A DNA stretch of 63,974 nt, filler included, from Rhabdomonas costata (taxonomy: Eukaryota), in the NCBI GenBank assembly GCA_019059605.1. It is 54 parts of 54 records of this genome, joined end to end, with 100 filler letters (N's around TTAATTAATTAA, not from the genome) between each part and the next. Parts side by side here need not be neighbours in the genome. Positions count along the whole stretch, not along the records: positions 48,654 to 49,741 come from JAHMHO010029319.1; positions 49,842 to 50,927 come from JAHMHO010029320.1; positions 51,028 to 52,113 come from JAHMHO010029321.1; positions 52,214 to 53,299 come from JAHMHO010029322.1; positions 53,400 to 54,485 come from JAHMHO010029323.1; positions 54,586 to 55,671 come from JAHMHO010029324.1; positions 55,772 to 56,857 come from JAHMHO010029325.1; positions 56,958 to 58,044 come from JAHMHO010029326.1; 46 more parts are not named here. One strand, given 5' to 3'. The stretch's first letter is position 1, and each line of letters begins with the position of its first letter. This document shows positions 49,404-62,185 of this stretch, one piece after another. The position numbers were made by a program, and so were the translations under genes. The notes under the pieces are model-generated. The model saw only the letters and a list, made by a program, of their open reading frames with translations, searched no databases and was not told where the DNA came from.

Positions 49404-49593
49404 GACGCTTGTTGAGGCGCGCCAGGCTGAGATGGAGCAGCGTCAGGCAGAGCTGGACAAACGCCGAGCCGAGCTGAGCAAACTCCGGGAGGAGGTGGAT
49501 CAAGGACAAGCGGAGCTCGATTCGCAGCGTCGGCAGATGCAGTCGTGGCTGCAAAAGCAGGAGCCACTTGTCGCGGAACAGCAGCCCTCGCAA
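49404..49593 (+). CDS. Coiled-coil exon
   Basis: EARQAEMEQRQAELDKRRAELSKLREEVDQGQAELDSQRRQM heptads after ctttctcag. Confidence 0.55.
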
Positions 49594-50012
49594 GTCCTGC
49601 CCCACGCACGCACACACGACCCGCATCCTTTGCAGCATCCATTTCGCTGAAGTTCTGTCAGTTGCTGTGCTTTTCGCTCCCTTTCACCCACTTGGCTTGT
49701 ATTTTGGAAAATAAGCAAGTGGTGTTGTGCTCCCAACAACCNNNNNNNNNNNNNNNNNNNNNNNNNNNNNNNNNNNNNNNNNNNNTTAATTAATTAANNN
49801 NNNNNNNNNNNNNNNNNNNNNNNNNNNNNNNNNNNNNNNNNGTTGTGTTTGTTTCTTTTTATTTAGTTTTTCGCGTACTGGGTTAATTGTAAAATTGGAA
49901 AATTGGAATGTCATTCAAGGAACTTCAATGCTCTCCGGAAGTACTCTCGAAATCGAAAGTGGTTGGTCTTCTGCACTTCTGCACATTTCATGATTTGATG
50001 CTTTGTCTGCAG

Positions 50013-50920
50013 CCTTTCTCAGAGGTTTACCGTAAGGAGAAGTTGTGCGAATCGATGCTGTATAATGCGGCACGAGCTGGTGATGTCTCGGCGATGGAGG
50101 AGGTTTTCCAGCGATGTGGCGTTTGCTGCCTGTACTGGGCAGATCCCATCTCGGGGAGCTACGCTTTTCACGTGGCAGCGGACCGGGGGAGTGTAGAGGC
50201 CTTAGTGTGGCTTCTGAACCGCCACAGTGGCCATCGGCGGGACTTCGATGTGCGCAAGCTGCACAACAGGTTTGGGGAGAGCCCTTTGGACATTTGCATG
50301 CGGCAGTCTAAGAAGCACCCGGAAAGCCTGCGAGTGATGGAAGTGTATTTGCGATGCGAGGCATCGCTTGCGGACAAAAGCCAGTCAAGAGGCTGTGACA
50401 ACATGTCGATTCGGACGTACAACCGATCGTTTGCTCGCTCGGTTGCAATAAGTCCGTTGATTGGAGATCGGAATGTTCTCTTTGATCGCACGAAGGTTTC
50501 GGTGGAGGATCTGTGCGATGGGGTCTTGCAGGAAGGCAGGGCGTACCTTTGTGGGAACTTAGACTATGCGGAGTGGTCGAGACTTCGGGCGGCTCATTTT
50601 CGGAAGGATGAAGTCACTCTGAGCGACTTCTGGCCACGACATCCCAGTCCAGAGCAAATGTCGGCGCAGCTGAAGAAGGCTTTTTTGAGCGGCAGCGATG
50701 ACGAGCTTTTCGAGACTTCCATTCGGCTGTACACGATGGAGTCCTTTTTGTTTCGCTGCGTGAATGCGATATTACGGAACCGCGACGAAACGAAGATTCA
50801 TCTGAAGGCCTACATATGGGTACTGCAGAGTGCCCTGCGGAGGCTGACCACAAGGCAACCTCTGTGCTCGACCTGCTATCGCACCCTTAAGCTGAGCCCG
50901 GAGCAGCAGGCCCAAGACAC
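50013..50920 (+). CDS. Ankyrin repeats fused to a mono-ADP-ribosyltransferase (ART) domain, 3' truncated
   Basis: LYNAARAGD, AFHVAADRGSVEALVWLL and GESPLDI (ankyrin), then IRLYTMESFLFRCVNAILR...L.AYIWVLQSALRRL...CYR (ART N-terminal helices and the catalytic Arg strand). Confidence 0.8.
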
Positions 50921-51032
50921 CCAACACNNNNNNNNNNNNNNNNNNNNNNNNNNNNNNNNNNNNNNNNNNNNTTAATTAATTAANNNNNNNNNNNNNNNNN
51001 NNNNNNNNNNNNNNNNNNNNNNNNNNNTGTGT

Positions 51033-52110
51033 GTGTTGCCAAGTCAGTCCGGGAAGCTGTCACCCAGCGTGTCAGCTTCCCGGACTGACTTGGCAACGCG
51101 CACGGCTTCCGTATCCACATCCCCGTCTTTCAGCACCAGCACAACCAACTCACTCACACCGTCTCTATCTGATTCGATATCGCATTCTCGAACTTCATCA
51201 TCCACTCACTCCAGGTCCCAAAGCCAGCGTGGGACTCACACTCGCTCCTTGACATGGTCTTCCAGCAGCAGCATCACGGGGAGCATCTCGGGAACGCCAT
51301 CCCCGACCCTATCCCCCTCGCAGTCCTCTTCCTTCTCCCACAGTCCGTCCAGCTCACTGTCGGTCTCACTCACAGCCTCCATGACCCTGTCCTCTTCGTT
51401 CTCCTCCAGCCGTTCGGGAAGTCACACCCGCAGCACGAAACAAACAATCTCCCGCTCTATCTCCCGCACGTCAACCCGCAGCCTCTCCCGTTCTCCCACC
51501 TTTTCTCACACGTTCTCCTTGTCAATGACCCGGTCGCAGTCAGGCAGCCAGTCCGCAAGCCTTTCAAGCTCCCCCACGCCTTCTTCAACATTTTCTCCTT
51601 CGAGGACATCTTCTTCTAGTATCTCTGAAACAGAATCGGCTTCCTTCACCTCGACAATTACCTCGTCACCCACCTCCTCGGGCAGTCCGTCCCGTGGCTT
51701 TAGCTGCTCCAAGTCGGGTTCTCTTTCCTCTTCCGCCTCGGAAAGCTCCACAGCGAGCTGCTCCCGCTCGCTCAGTGCCTCTTTATCCGCCTCCAAATCC
51801 CTGTCCCGCTCCTTTTCGCCCAGCATAACGGAGACTATGACGAGCACCTCGTCCGGATCTTCGTCCTTGTCTTGCTCCCACACCTTCTCTCCGAGTAATA
51901 CCCTCTCGACGACCGTCTCTCTAACGACCTCGGTGAGTTTCTCCGGCTCCAGCTCTCGCTCTCACTCTGGTAGCAACTCCCCCACCTTTTCTCCTTCCAT
52001 CTCCTTCTCCACATCGGGAACAGCAACTTTCAGCACCTCGCCCTCAACTTCTCCGTCGTTTACATCGTCGTTGTCCCCGTCCGCCACCGTCATCGCAACG
52101 TGCCTCCACC
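51033..52110 (+). CDS. Ser/Thr-rich mucin-like stalk with S-x dipeptide periodicity
   Basis: Entire contig is open (about 360 codons), dominated by Ser/Thr with mixed synonymous codons. Confidence 0.75.
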
Positions 52111-54735
52111 CCANNNNNNNNNNNNNNNNNNNNNNNNNNNNNNNNNNNNNNNNNNNNTTAATTAATTAANNNNNNNNNNNNNNNNNNNNNNNNNNNNNNN
52201 NNNNNNNNNNNNNCCTCAGATGTGCGCGACTCCCAGGTCGCCGCAGTGTTTGTTTTTCATAGTTTATGGTGGGTTCTAGTCCTCGTGTGTTTTCGTGTGC
52301 TTTTTGTATCATGGGACCCCAAGCAGCCGCACTGGCTTTTCCTGGGTTACGCCATGCCTGGGTCTTGTGAAAGCTCTTTTTAGCCCATTTCGAAAACAAG
52401 GGTATGCCCACACGTACGGGGTGCTTGTTCTTCCAGGTAGGCGATTAACAGACATACGCACATGGATTTAGCAGAGAATGGGCGCCACAACAGGAAGGAG
52501 CACACAGCAGGAATCCCTTCGCGGTGAAACGTGCGTAGGAATCTGTGTGTGTGTGCGTGCAAAACTTTCACAATGCCATGGGGTACGACGAGCGTGCCAA
52601 CGTGTTAGAAAGAATGTGCAAAACCTTCACGAGCTGTGCAAAAAGGATCCTCTTTTGCTTTTTCCTGAATTTGGTGCCCGCTCTCAGCCTCTACGGCCGT
52701 CGAGCGGGGGTGCGCAGGAGGCCGCGCTGCCTTCTCGCCTGACCCCCGTGCCCCCTGCAGGGGCGCGGGACCCCGGCTCGTTCTTTCCTCGGCCCACCCC
52801 AGGCTCACCTGCCTCTGGTCTGGCTTCTTCCTGAACCCGCCCAGTTTCCGTCTTTTTGCAACTCACTCAAGTTGGGATTGGGGCCTTGGGCGTTTTTTCT
52901 CGGCGGGAGCCCTTTCTGCCTTCTCCGCTTCTGAAAAGACGGACGGATTGCATTCGTTGGCTGACACCGAAAACATGTGGTAAACTACAATCGCCAATTC
53001 AGGAATTGGGAAAGAAATGCTGTTGCATTATAAACTTGCTCGTTGGTAATATTTTGAGATATTTTACAAACTCCTTCGCGTTCCATTTTTCATACACCCT
53101 GGCTCTGGTTACGATTCAAGCCTAACCCCAGCGAACAGCGAGCTGTCCCACACTCACAGTGTGTTTGCCTCTTCCAGTGATGGTACGGGGGCGCAGGAAA
53201 GCTGAAGAAAACATCATGCGTCTCTCTCCGTATTTATATCTGTGTTGTCCATTACAGAGCCCACGGGATCAGTTTCGCTGTTCACCACCACCCCCACCCN
53301 NNNNNNNNNNNNNNNNNNNNNNNNNNNNNNNNNNNNNNNNNNNTTAATTAATTAANNNNNNNNNNNNNNNNNNNNNNNNNNNNNNNNNNNNNNNNNNNNT
53401 GGGTTTCCAGTTTCTTCCCGTGTTTTGGGGTTTGTGCACTGCTTGCAGGGCGAAGTTTCGGCGGCAGTTTCATGAGTGGTTCACCTCCTACTCTGAGGCC
53501 CGCAGCCACACCAGCGCACAGCCCTCTCGGCTAGAGGAGCTGGAGCGGACTCGCCCCAGATTCCACATGGACTGCCTCGCACCGGCGGTTTGCACCTGTT
53601 GCTTTTTTTTTTGGTAATGGGTTTGGTGGGCCCGCGGGTGTTATCGTACAAACTCGCACGGCAGTTCTTGCGATCTCCGCAGTGGCCGAAGGTGACGGTC
53701 GGTGCACCGGAGGCCTTCCGAAGGATGTTGTATTGCCCCATGGAGCTCTAACCTCAACTAGTTGTGTAATGAGCACGTGTTTAAAAGGAGCACGTGTTTG
53801 ATTGTTGGTACATATCAGCTCATTTGTCTATTTGTCATGCCAATGTTAATTGATAGCTCCTAAGTATCGAATGTCTCTGGATCGCGACTCTCCGTTGGTC
53901 CCCACCGATGGGTGTCTTTCGATTGAGTGTGCGTGGTTCCGCGTGAATCTGAGTTTTGGGTTGTGGCTTTGGGTTGTGAGAGTTCCGGACAGCACCTGCT
54001 CGCGAGACACGAGCGCCAGATGGCGGAGTGTTAGGTGACCTCTAACAGACATCTTGCGGAGCAGTTGGGGCTTGGAATTGAGAGGGAAAGGCACATACCA
54101 CCGTGCTTTCACCACCTCAGCGTGAGTGGGGAAAAGCCTGTGAACGGGCAGCCCACACACCATCCGCAACCACAGCACGCCGCAGCAGCCTTGGCAAACC
54201 ATTTTGAATCATAATCACTAGGTTTACCGGGCAGGTACCACTTTCCACTTTTCCCGCAACTTTAGCTCATGACAATAGGACTTCGTTCCCGCCTCCCCCA
54301 CCACTCAATGTGTGTGTCAGCACTGTGGCTGCGCCTTTCCTGAATTTCTAAAATAGTGAACTCGTGTTATTTTTTCGGGGGGGGGGGGCGGTGAGGAGGA
54401 GGCCATAGGAGAGACGCCATTTCTCGTGCTGTACTGTGGGACTTCAAAGGAGCTCTCCGCGTTTGCGAGGGTCCACCTTCCCCCCNNNNNNNNNNNNNNN
54501 NNNNNNNNNNNNNNNNNNNNNNNNNNNNNTTAATTAATTAANNNNNNNNNNNNNNNNNNNNNNNNNNNNNNNNNNNNNNNNNNNNTTTTGTGTGTTAGAC
54601 TTATGGGTTCTCGGGAGGCCGTTTCGGAATGCACGCATGGCATTGATGCGCAAGGGAAGTTCACAAGTGAAAAGATTGTGGTGGAGGAGCGGTTCCTTTA
54701 TTACTTCGCGGGCCCCGTGTGGGATCTGGTCTTAG

Positions 54736-54847
54736 AGCCGTGAGATGTGGAGCAGGACGGTGTTGGTGTTCAGCTCAGACAACGGGGGCCCAATTCCCGG
54801 GGATAGTGTGAACATGAACATCGGAGCCAGCAACTGGCCCCTTCGGG
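54736..54847 (+). CDS. Arylsulfatase (ARSB/ARSI-like) internal exon
   Basis: MWSRTVLVFSSDNGG...GASNWPLRG (T(L/V)xxFxSDNGG and NxPLRG motifs); tcttag| and |GTATCA. Confidence 0.88.
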
Positions 54848-55350
54848 GTATCACCCTCCACCCCCGCCCTTCGCCCGATTGCTTTGCCGAGCTTCAATTG
54901 TGGTGCGGCCGCCCGACTGGCGACGGTCACCACAGGAGCAGAGCTTCTTTGCCGTTGCTGCGCTGCAACATAAACAATTTTGGTACACATCAGGTCAAAG
55001 AACACGTCACTGTGGGTTTGTCCACATCTATTCCGCGGAAGTTCCTGCTTGCATTTGCAAGCATGCGTGCTTGCATCTTTAAGCGCGCGCGGGTGCTTGT
55101 CGAATAGAGACAACCGCGCTTTAAGAAAACTGCGCGAGCGGAGGGGATAGCTCCCTAGAACCGCGGTTTAAAAAATGCGCCAGTGAGGTTTCCCAACAAC
55201 TTCCTCCCACGCAGCGCCAGAGCGAGAAACGCCACACAAAGCACACCTCGCGAGCCGTGAAGAAAGTCGCGTGCTAGCTTTTAGCTTGCATTTGGGAAAA
55301 TGCCGTACCTGTGCATGTACAGACCCTCCCTCCCTTCCTCCAAAATATAC

Positions 55351-55538
55351 CTCGTCTTCGGTAAAGCTTGTGGGCAGGGAAAGCTCCCCTCCGACCGCGG
55401 GGGCCGCCGGCTGGGAGAGCTTTCCCATTAAAGACTCCACGTCCAGCCCCAAACCGCCAGAAGGGTCCGTAGGGAAGGCGCCGGATACGGGGCGCACCAT
55501 GGGGGGAGGCGGAGGCAGGCAGTCCAAGTGGAGTTGTC
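55351..55538 (-). CDS. Putative internal exon, Pro-rich unknown protein
   Basis: ttttgtcttcag| ... GAG|GTATAT; open frame QLHLDCLPPPPPMVRPVSG...TSFTEDE. Confidence 0.45.
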
Positions 55539-57276
55539 CTGAAGACAAAATTGAGCATGACCTCAAAGATTCAAGCAATTGACTCAAAAGCCAACAACAT
55601 GCCCCATTGTTTATTGAGGCCGCTCAGAAAAAAAAGACAATATGTGCGCAATCGTCCCCAGGTCCTCACCCNNNNNNNNNNNNNNNNNNNNNNNNNNNNN
55701 NNNNNNNNNNNNNNNTTAATTAATTAANNNNNNNNNNNNNNNNNNNNNNNNNNNNNNNNNNNNNNNNNNNNGTAAATCACCGCTGCAGAAGACCGACAGC
55801 GGCAGCTGAGCAGCTGTGTGTGGAGCGCATATCGCACTGGCTGGCTAATCTCCAGAGCTGATGTGTCTGTCATCTGATAGCCCCTGTGCCTTCTGCATAT
55901 ATGTGGGCAGTCATGGGGCTTGTGCCACAAGTCTGTCTGGCTGCAATGTGGCGCGTTCGCTTTGAGTCACCCCCAACCATCCGCCATGGCCAAACCTCGA
56001 ATTACCCAACAGCCAGAAGCAAACGCAGTCAAAACCGTCAAAGGGATGGATCTCGCCCTTCACGCCCACAAGCTCGATCACCCCCAGGGCCACAAACGCG
56101 GTGCACTGCTGGGCCGTGGGGAAACTCACCCGGAATTGGCCCCCGGAGACCTGGTCCACCCCTCGGGCCCCGTGGCTGCAAAAAGCGGCAAAAAAAAACC
56201 AGCGAAGAACGCGACTATAACGCATCTCTACATGCATTTGCCTTTTCTCGGAGCCTGTGTAGCAACTCATAAGGCAGAACTCGGGGTTTGAGTTCCGGTC
56301 CGGAATAATCTGTCAGGCAGATGTCAGAGTGGCCTCCCCGCAGTGAGGGCAGCGGAGTGTCTTCACGGGCAACCGGGTCAGGAGGACCCACCATGTGCCG
56401 CTGCACACCAGCAACCGCATAACATTGAGCGGAGTATGCGGAGCATGCCGCACCTCCTTCACTGTAAAACCCTTGTGAATTGAAGAAGACTCTCCTTCCT
56501 TCCACTTCGTCACATACAGTGCCAATATGCGCTCCGGGGAGAGAGACAGCATTTCCTGCAATCGGGCCTTCCGACACTCATAGAAGCGCACAGCTGGCTC
56601 AGGCTTGTTGAGAGTAGTAAACGAACAGTACAGTGCAACCCACAACAGATGGAACTGAAGGAGTGAAGGAGAATGAGCTGGGCGGAGTTGCTGAAGCGCA
56701 GGCGAATAGCTAAGTGGGGAAGCTGCTTGCGTATTACGGCTCCCTTCACCTCGATAAGTAATAGGTACGGGTGGACACGCACAACAAACCGAAAATGGGC
56801 AAAAACACCCACCCCCTTTTGCTTATAATTTCGAAAATTGTGTGATTGGTGCACTTTNNNNNNNNNNNNNNNNNNNNNNNNNNNNNNNNNNNNNNNNNNN
56901 NTTAATTAATTAANNNNNNNNNNNNNNNNNNNNNNNNNNNNNNNNNNNNNNNNNNNNTGTGGTGTGGCAGCGAGGAGCGGAAAGCCTGCGGTAGGACAGG
57001 AGCAGCCCGGGTCATTACGAGAGTAGGGGAGAATGGCAGCGAGAAGTGGGAGACCAGAGAGGGAGTGAGGAAGCAATACCGAGGGCCCACAAGGCACGAA
57101 GGGATGCCCGGGCAATTGGAGAGTGGAGAGAAGCGAGGTCCAGATGGCAGCAGGGACAGAGTAAGGTTACCATGCCCGTCCACCAGGAAAGCGGGGCTAA
57201 GCCCGGAGTGGGATGGATGACCCAAACCCAGAAGGGCAATAGCGCCCAAAGGGAAGTGTACGAGCGCGGAAGGTTG

Positions 57277-57370
57277 GGTACCCACAAAGAGATCTCTAAA
57301 CGCGCCAATCGGGGTTCCCAAGGTCCCGCGTAAACTGTGGATCGGGGTCACATGGGGTAAACCAACCCTA
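57277..57370 (-). repeat. Copy 2 of the dispersed repeat
   Basis: Shares 23-bp and 16-bp exact blocks in the same order with 39868-39961. Confidence 0.85.
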
Positions 57371-57713
57371 CGTGACAAGACAGCGGGACAAGGTATCATC
57401 GGCTGACAAGGGTGTGAGGCCCGAGGGGCTCATGCCCCATCGAAAGGTGGGAGCCTAGGGGGGAAGTGGACCTGGAGTCCTCCCCAGAAAAAATTCATCC
57501 TTGCCAAGTGCACCAAGTGTGTGTGTCCAGCTCCCGCAGCTGTAGAGGTTGGGCAAACACCGAGGCATACACGCATCAGGCTAATCTGTACATTCTTCGA
57601 ACTTTGATTGCTTTTATTTGGGTTTCATTCTCAACAGCCTTTCCAGCCCTTCCATCTGTGCGTATCCCTGCCCCGGTTTGCTCCCGTTCTCCCCCTTGTT
57701 GCTCACCTTCCAG

Positions 57714-57908
57714 CTTTCTGAGGTTGTGCCCCGGTGCCCCTCGCAGGTTCTGGTCGACCAACCGATCCACTCGCAAATCAACTTCAACGTGCAGTGCCGG
57801 CTGGCCCTGATCCTTCCCTTCGGGGAGGGCAAGACGGAGAAGGCCTACGAGGTGCTTTCCGGGGCGCAACAGGCCGACGACGAATGGATGTACCAGCTTA
57901 AAGAGAAG
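57714..57908 (+). CDS. Internal exon, unknown protein
   Basis: caccttccag| 65 open GC3-rich codons |GTAGGG. Confidence 0.5.
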
Positions 57909-59868
57909 GTAGGGGTCCCCCTCCCCTCCTTCTTTCACCATTCTGTCTCCTCGCATTGGGGCGGGGGGGGCAACATTTGATTGTGAGAGGGTTTGAGTGG
58001 AAAGGATCCCTTCCGTTTTCCTTCCTCGCTCTGGAAACACCACANNNNNNNNNNNNNNNNNNNNNNNNNNNNNNNNNNNNNNNNNNNNTTAATTAATTAA
58101 NNNNNNNNNNNNNNNNNNNNNNNNNNNNNNNNNNNNNNNNNNNNGGGGTGTTGGGCGAGACTAAGCGCGAACCGGATAAAGCTAGCACCGCGCCAAGCAC
58201 CGAAACTGTGATAACACCCATTGGGGCAGCTCTTCAGGGTTTCAATACGGGACAAAAAGTGCCTGAGAAATACGAGAAAGAGAGCAAAGTGAATTGTTGT
58301 GACGGCGTTGTTTTCCATCCAAGGATTGCAGGGGGCTCCTCCCTCCCTTCAAGGGCAGGAACGAAATACGAGGGTCTGATAGAACTCTTATCACCCCGAG
58401 AGGGGAAAGTAGAAAGGTGGTATTGAAGTTCAGAAATGTTGCCATTCACCTATCTGCCACACAAGGTTGCCTAAATATTCTTCTTATTCTGCCCGAATAT
58501 TTACTTTCCTCGACCTTTGCGTATCCACGGGTAGATGATGAGTTTGAGGGTATCTGAGAAATATACGACTTCCCTAACAAAGTAGGGCGAAGACTGAGCA
58601 AACATCACCTGAACTAGCGCGACTCATCCTCTACTGGCCACTCTTGCTGCAGTTTCTAAGTTAATGATGGGTCTTGGGTCAGTTGACGTGGGAGATCGGA
58701 AATTAGCGAATATATGACAGGGCAGCTGGTGCCAAAGGAAAAGGAGCCGATATTGCGCTCAATTCTGTCGGTATCTCATGCCATGAGATCCAACAAGTCA
58801 ACTCCGTACTCCCTCCATGGCCTTTTTTTAAAAAGGCAATAATGACCTCGACACCCACTGGCTGAGGCTGCAAACTTCATTCAAAACTTCAATCAAAAAA
58901 AACTGAAAAGGCTGACCGTGACACTGGTAGCAAAAGTTGACGAGCGGCAGCGACTGCACACTCAGGTAATCTGCGCAACAGAGGAAATTGCCAATATAGG
59001 GCACAAGAAGCAATGTTGAAGCTCCCTCCCCAATGTTTCCACATAGATTTCCCTCGCTTTCCCTCGCAGGGCTAAAGAAAAGTACACCAACGGACCTCTA
59101 TTCGAGTGTCCTACAGCAAGCACGCCACCAACTAACAAAAGGACGGTTGTGATGTGCCCCTCCCTGTCCTGTCGGAAGAAAGACATGCGCTGTCGACTAA
59201 AACTGCAGCCCAAAGGGCGCCTTCTGCGGGNNNNNNNNNNNNNNNNNNNNNNNNNNNNNNNNNNNNNNNNNNNNTTAATTAATTAANNNNNNNNNNNNNN
59301 NNNNNNNNNNNNNNNNNNNNNNNNNNNNNNCTATTGGGAGGGGTCGGAGCTGTCACGGCTTTCTGACGCACATTCACTATGTGGGCGAGAGGGGTGAGTT
59401 CTTGGTCGACTACATGGCTTTTCTCTTTGGGCTCCTCAAAGAGACGAATTCAATTTTCAAAGGAAGAAGAACTGTGCTCCATTCTTTGGTGGCGTCAAGC
59501 TGAAACTTCTTTCAAAGCGGAGCGCACGAAGATATACCCTAGTCGCCGTTACCCCCCGCCTATCTCCAATGCACGCATGGGCGCATGGGTCTCTTTCCCT
59601 TCCCTTTAACTGAAAGCTCCTAAGCTCAGCTTACTATTTCTGGCATATGCCGATGTTTTCCAGACGGGTAACATCAGCTGTAGTTTCTCGCTTCTCACAT
59701 TTGACTTGACCGGGTCACATATTTGTGAAATGTTTTGCCCGTTTGAATTGGTGCGAGTAAAAATCGGGCGTCGTATGCTCCCACATCCATGCAGAATTTC
59801 ATTTTCCTGCCGTCCTTTCCACTCCTCTCACTGTTGTTCTGTCCCGGTCAGAGTGGGCAGAGGGAGGG

Positions 59869-59991
59869 ATGGCTTCCAACGAGACCCTCACTGCGGTCAA
59901 AGGGATTTCTGTGGGGCACTACACGGACCCCGTGGGGTCGACAGGATGCACGGTGGTGCTCTGCCCCCCGAACACTGTGGGTAGCGTAGAG
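59869..59991 (+). CDS. DmpA-like (peptidase family P1/S58) aminopeptidase, first exon
   Basis: MASNETLTAVKGISVGHYTDPVGSTGCTVVLCPPNTVGSVE matches the family N-terminus (I/L)TxVxGxxVGH...TGCTVVL; ends at GAG|GTGCAC just before the expected VRGGxPGTRE. Confidence 0.85.
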
Positions 59992-62114
59992 GTGCACAGC
60001 CCCCCCCCCCAACACACTCCCACACGAAAAAGAAAAGGCGTCTCGGGCGTCCAACACGTGACTGACTTGGCTGTGCCTGTGTGGCGAGTGAGAGAGCAAG
60101 GTCTCGCTCATGTTCGCTGCCGTATTCCCTTTCCTGTCGCCAGCATATCAGCGTGTCGCTATGGTTTGGCTCTTGGCTTGGTATTTATATGGCTTAGGTA
60201 TAGCAGTGTTCCTTTTTTATAGGATAAGTTCCCGGGGAGGTTTCGGAGGTTCCCCCCTGACCCCCCTCCAGTTTTAAGTCTCACTAACCCTTTTAAACTG
60301 ATTTTTAAGAGATCTCCGAGGAGGATACAACGCTTTCTAACCCTGCAAAACAGAAATAAAACACCTATCTACAGCGTCAGGACATCAAAAAGTGTCAACA
60401 TTGGGAACACAAACCCNNNNNNNNNNNNNNNNNNNNNNNNNNNNNNNNNNNNNNNNNNNNTTAATTAATTAANNNNNNNNNNNNNNNNNNNNNNNNNNNN
60501 NNNNNNNNNNNNNNNNTGCTTGACAGTGGAACTAGAGAGTAGTTTGAAGCGAGTCTACCCGAGCGACTTACTGTGGTAGGGGTTGTTGGGCCACCACACA
60601 ACTGTCTTGCGCCTGACGTTCGTCGAACAGGCACCTGGAGAACGTCTGCGTTGGATTGATTGGGTCGGGGGTCAGTGGGTGGTCCCCTCTGGCTTCTCTG
60701 GTTCTCTTAGGTTCACTGGGCAGCACTTGGAGTTGCCGGTTGTGATGGACGGATAAGTGCAATGGCTTCTGGGGCGCTGGCCGGTCCCCCTGGAGTGCAC
60801 TCGCAGCTCTGTGCACGAACATGCGGAACCCTGGGCAGTCCGTTTGAGAGGGTGTTCAGAACTTTGGAGGGGGGTAACTGTTATCACTGCTTCCTGTTGC
60901 CTGTGGGAACAGTTCTTGGCAGTGCACAATGGACTCCTTGGTTTGCGCATCCACATGTACTTGTTTCCGGTCATTTGCACAGCGTATTGGGGCGAGGCCG
61001 GCGTCACTCTCGAAGGAGAGTTGGGCATGCAAGCAGCGAAGGTGCAGAAATGTTGCTCACTATGTTAGTTACTCGTGCATCTCGCATCGTCAGGGTAACG
61101 CCATGACTTTCATCGCTAATTGCACAGGCACGAAATCCTGCGAGCGCGGACGCTCTCCAGCAGCCCTTTGCCAACCACACGATCAGACACGGGTGGTGGG
61201 GGGTTTAGGAGTGGGGTGCTTACGGATGGTGGAGGGAGAGTCAGGGGCTGCACTATTATATAACTATGGCGCGCTGAAGGTCTCCCGTGGGTGATCCATC
61301 GCCTGTATATTATTCGATGATAAACGCCTGATATAGTGGAGATAGTTTCTTTTGTAATTGTCAACCATACCGAGGAAGCTAAAAACGCGAGTTTGCAGCC
61401 GACAGTATCGAGAGGTGCGCGAATTCGAGGCATTGAGAAGGGTGAGGTTTGAGGTTTGGGTTGATGGGCCTGTTCTTTGCACGGGTGCAATGTGCAATGA
61501 CGGGACTCATCGGGCATGCGAAAACATCACTTTCTGCCCGCCCCCCCCCCTCCCTTCCAGTGACATTCTCTGCTGCCAAAAACCACCAACCACACCCACC
61601 ACNNNNNNNNNNNNNNNNNNNNNNNNNNNNNNNNNNNNNNNNNNNNTTAATTAATTAANNNNNNNNNNNNNNNNNNNNNNNNNNNNNNNNNNNNNNNNNN
61701 NNGTTTTTTGGTAAATATGTAAACTGTGTACTCTGGGTTCTCCCTAGTATTTTAAAACGTTGTGTTTGGGTATCAGAAATCTTTTTACAAGTGTGGTGCG
61801 GCATAATCTTGCAGCTAGTATCGCTGTTCTGGTCGGTCCTTCCAAGTGGGGATTGTTTAGCCTCTTAGGTAGCCTCCGGACAAAAATCAGAGGCGACCAG
61901 AAAGTCGAAATGAACTCCAAGCCGCACGCTCGAAACCATGGCGAAATGCTCGAAATTGATATGACCCACAGAGTTCCTGGCCCGCATCCTGCGCAGAATT
62001 TTTGTAATTAGTTTTTGTATCTGTTGTCACCGTGTGGGCTGCATATCAAGCAAAGCAACACTGACCGAAAATAACGAATTTCGATTTGGAGTTTTTTCAT
62101 ATTGACGTTCCATG

Positions 62115-62185
62115 AGTCACAGTTCAATAACTGGCTTTTTTGGCGTTAAACCCAAGGTTTGGAGTTCGAATCTCCCCTGCCCCTG
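62115..62185 (+). pseudogene. Degenerate tRNA-like (Asn-like) 3' half
   Basis: ttgg-cgttaaa-cccaa-ggtt-tggag-TTCGAAT-ctccc: T-arm/B-box and a distorted anticodon arm; D-arm and acceptor stem not recognisable. Confidence 0.3.

Noticed and set aside
58800-59230. Possible DIRS-like reverse transcriptase remnant (APFGL, PYIGNFL on minus)
   Set aside because: Motifs are isolated among stops and no YxDD is present; too weak to call.
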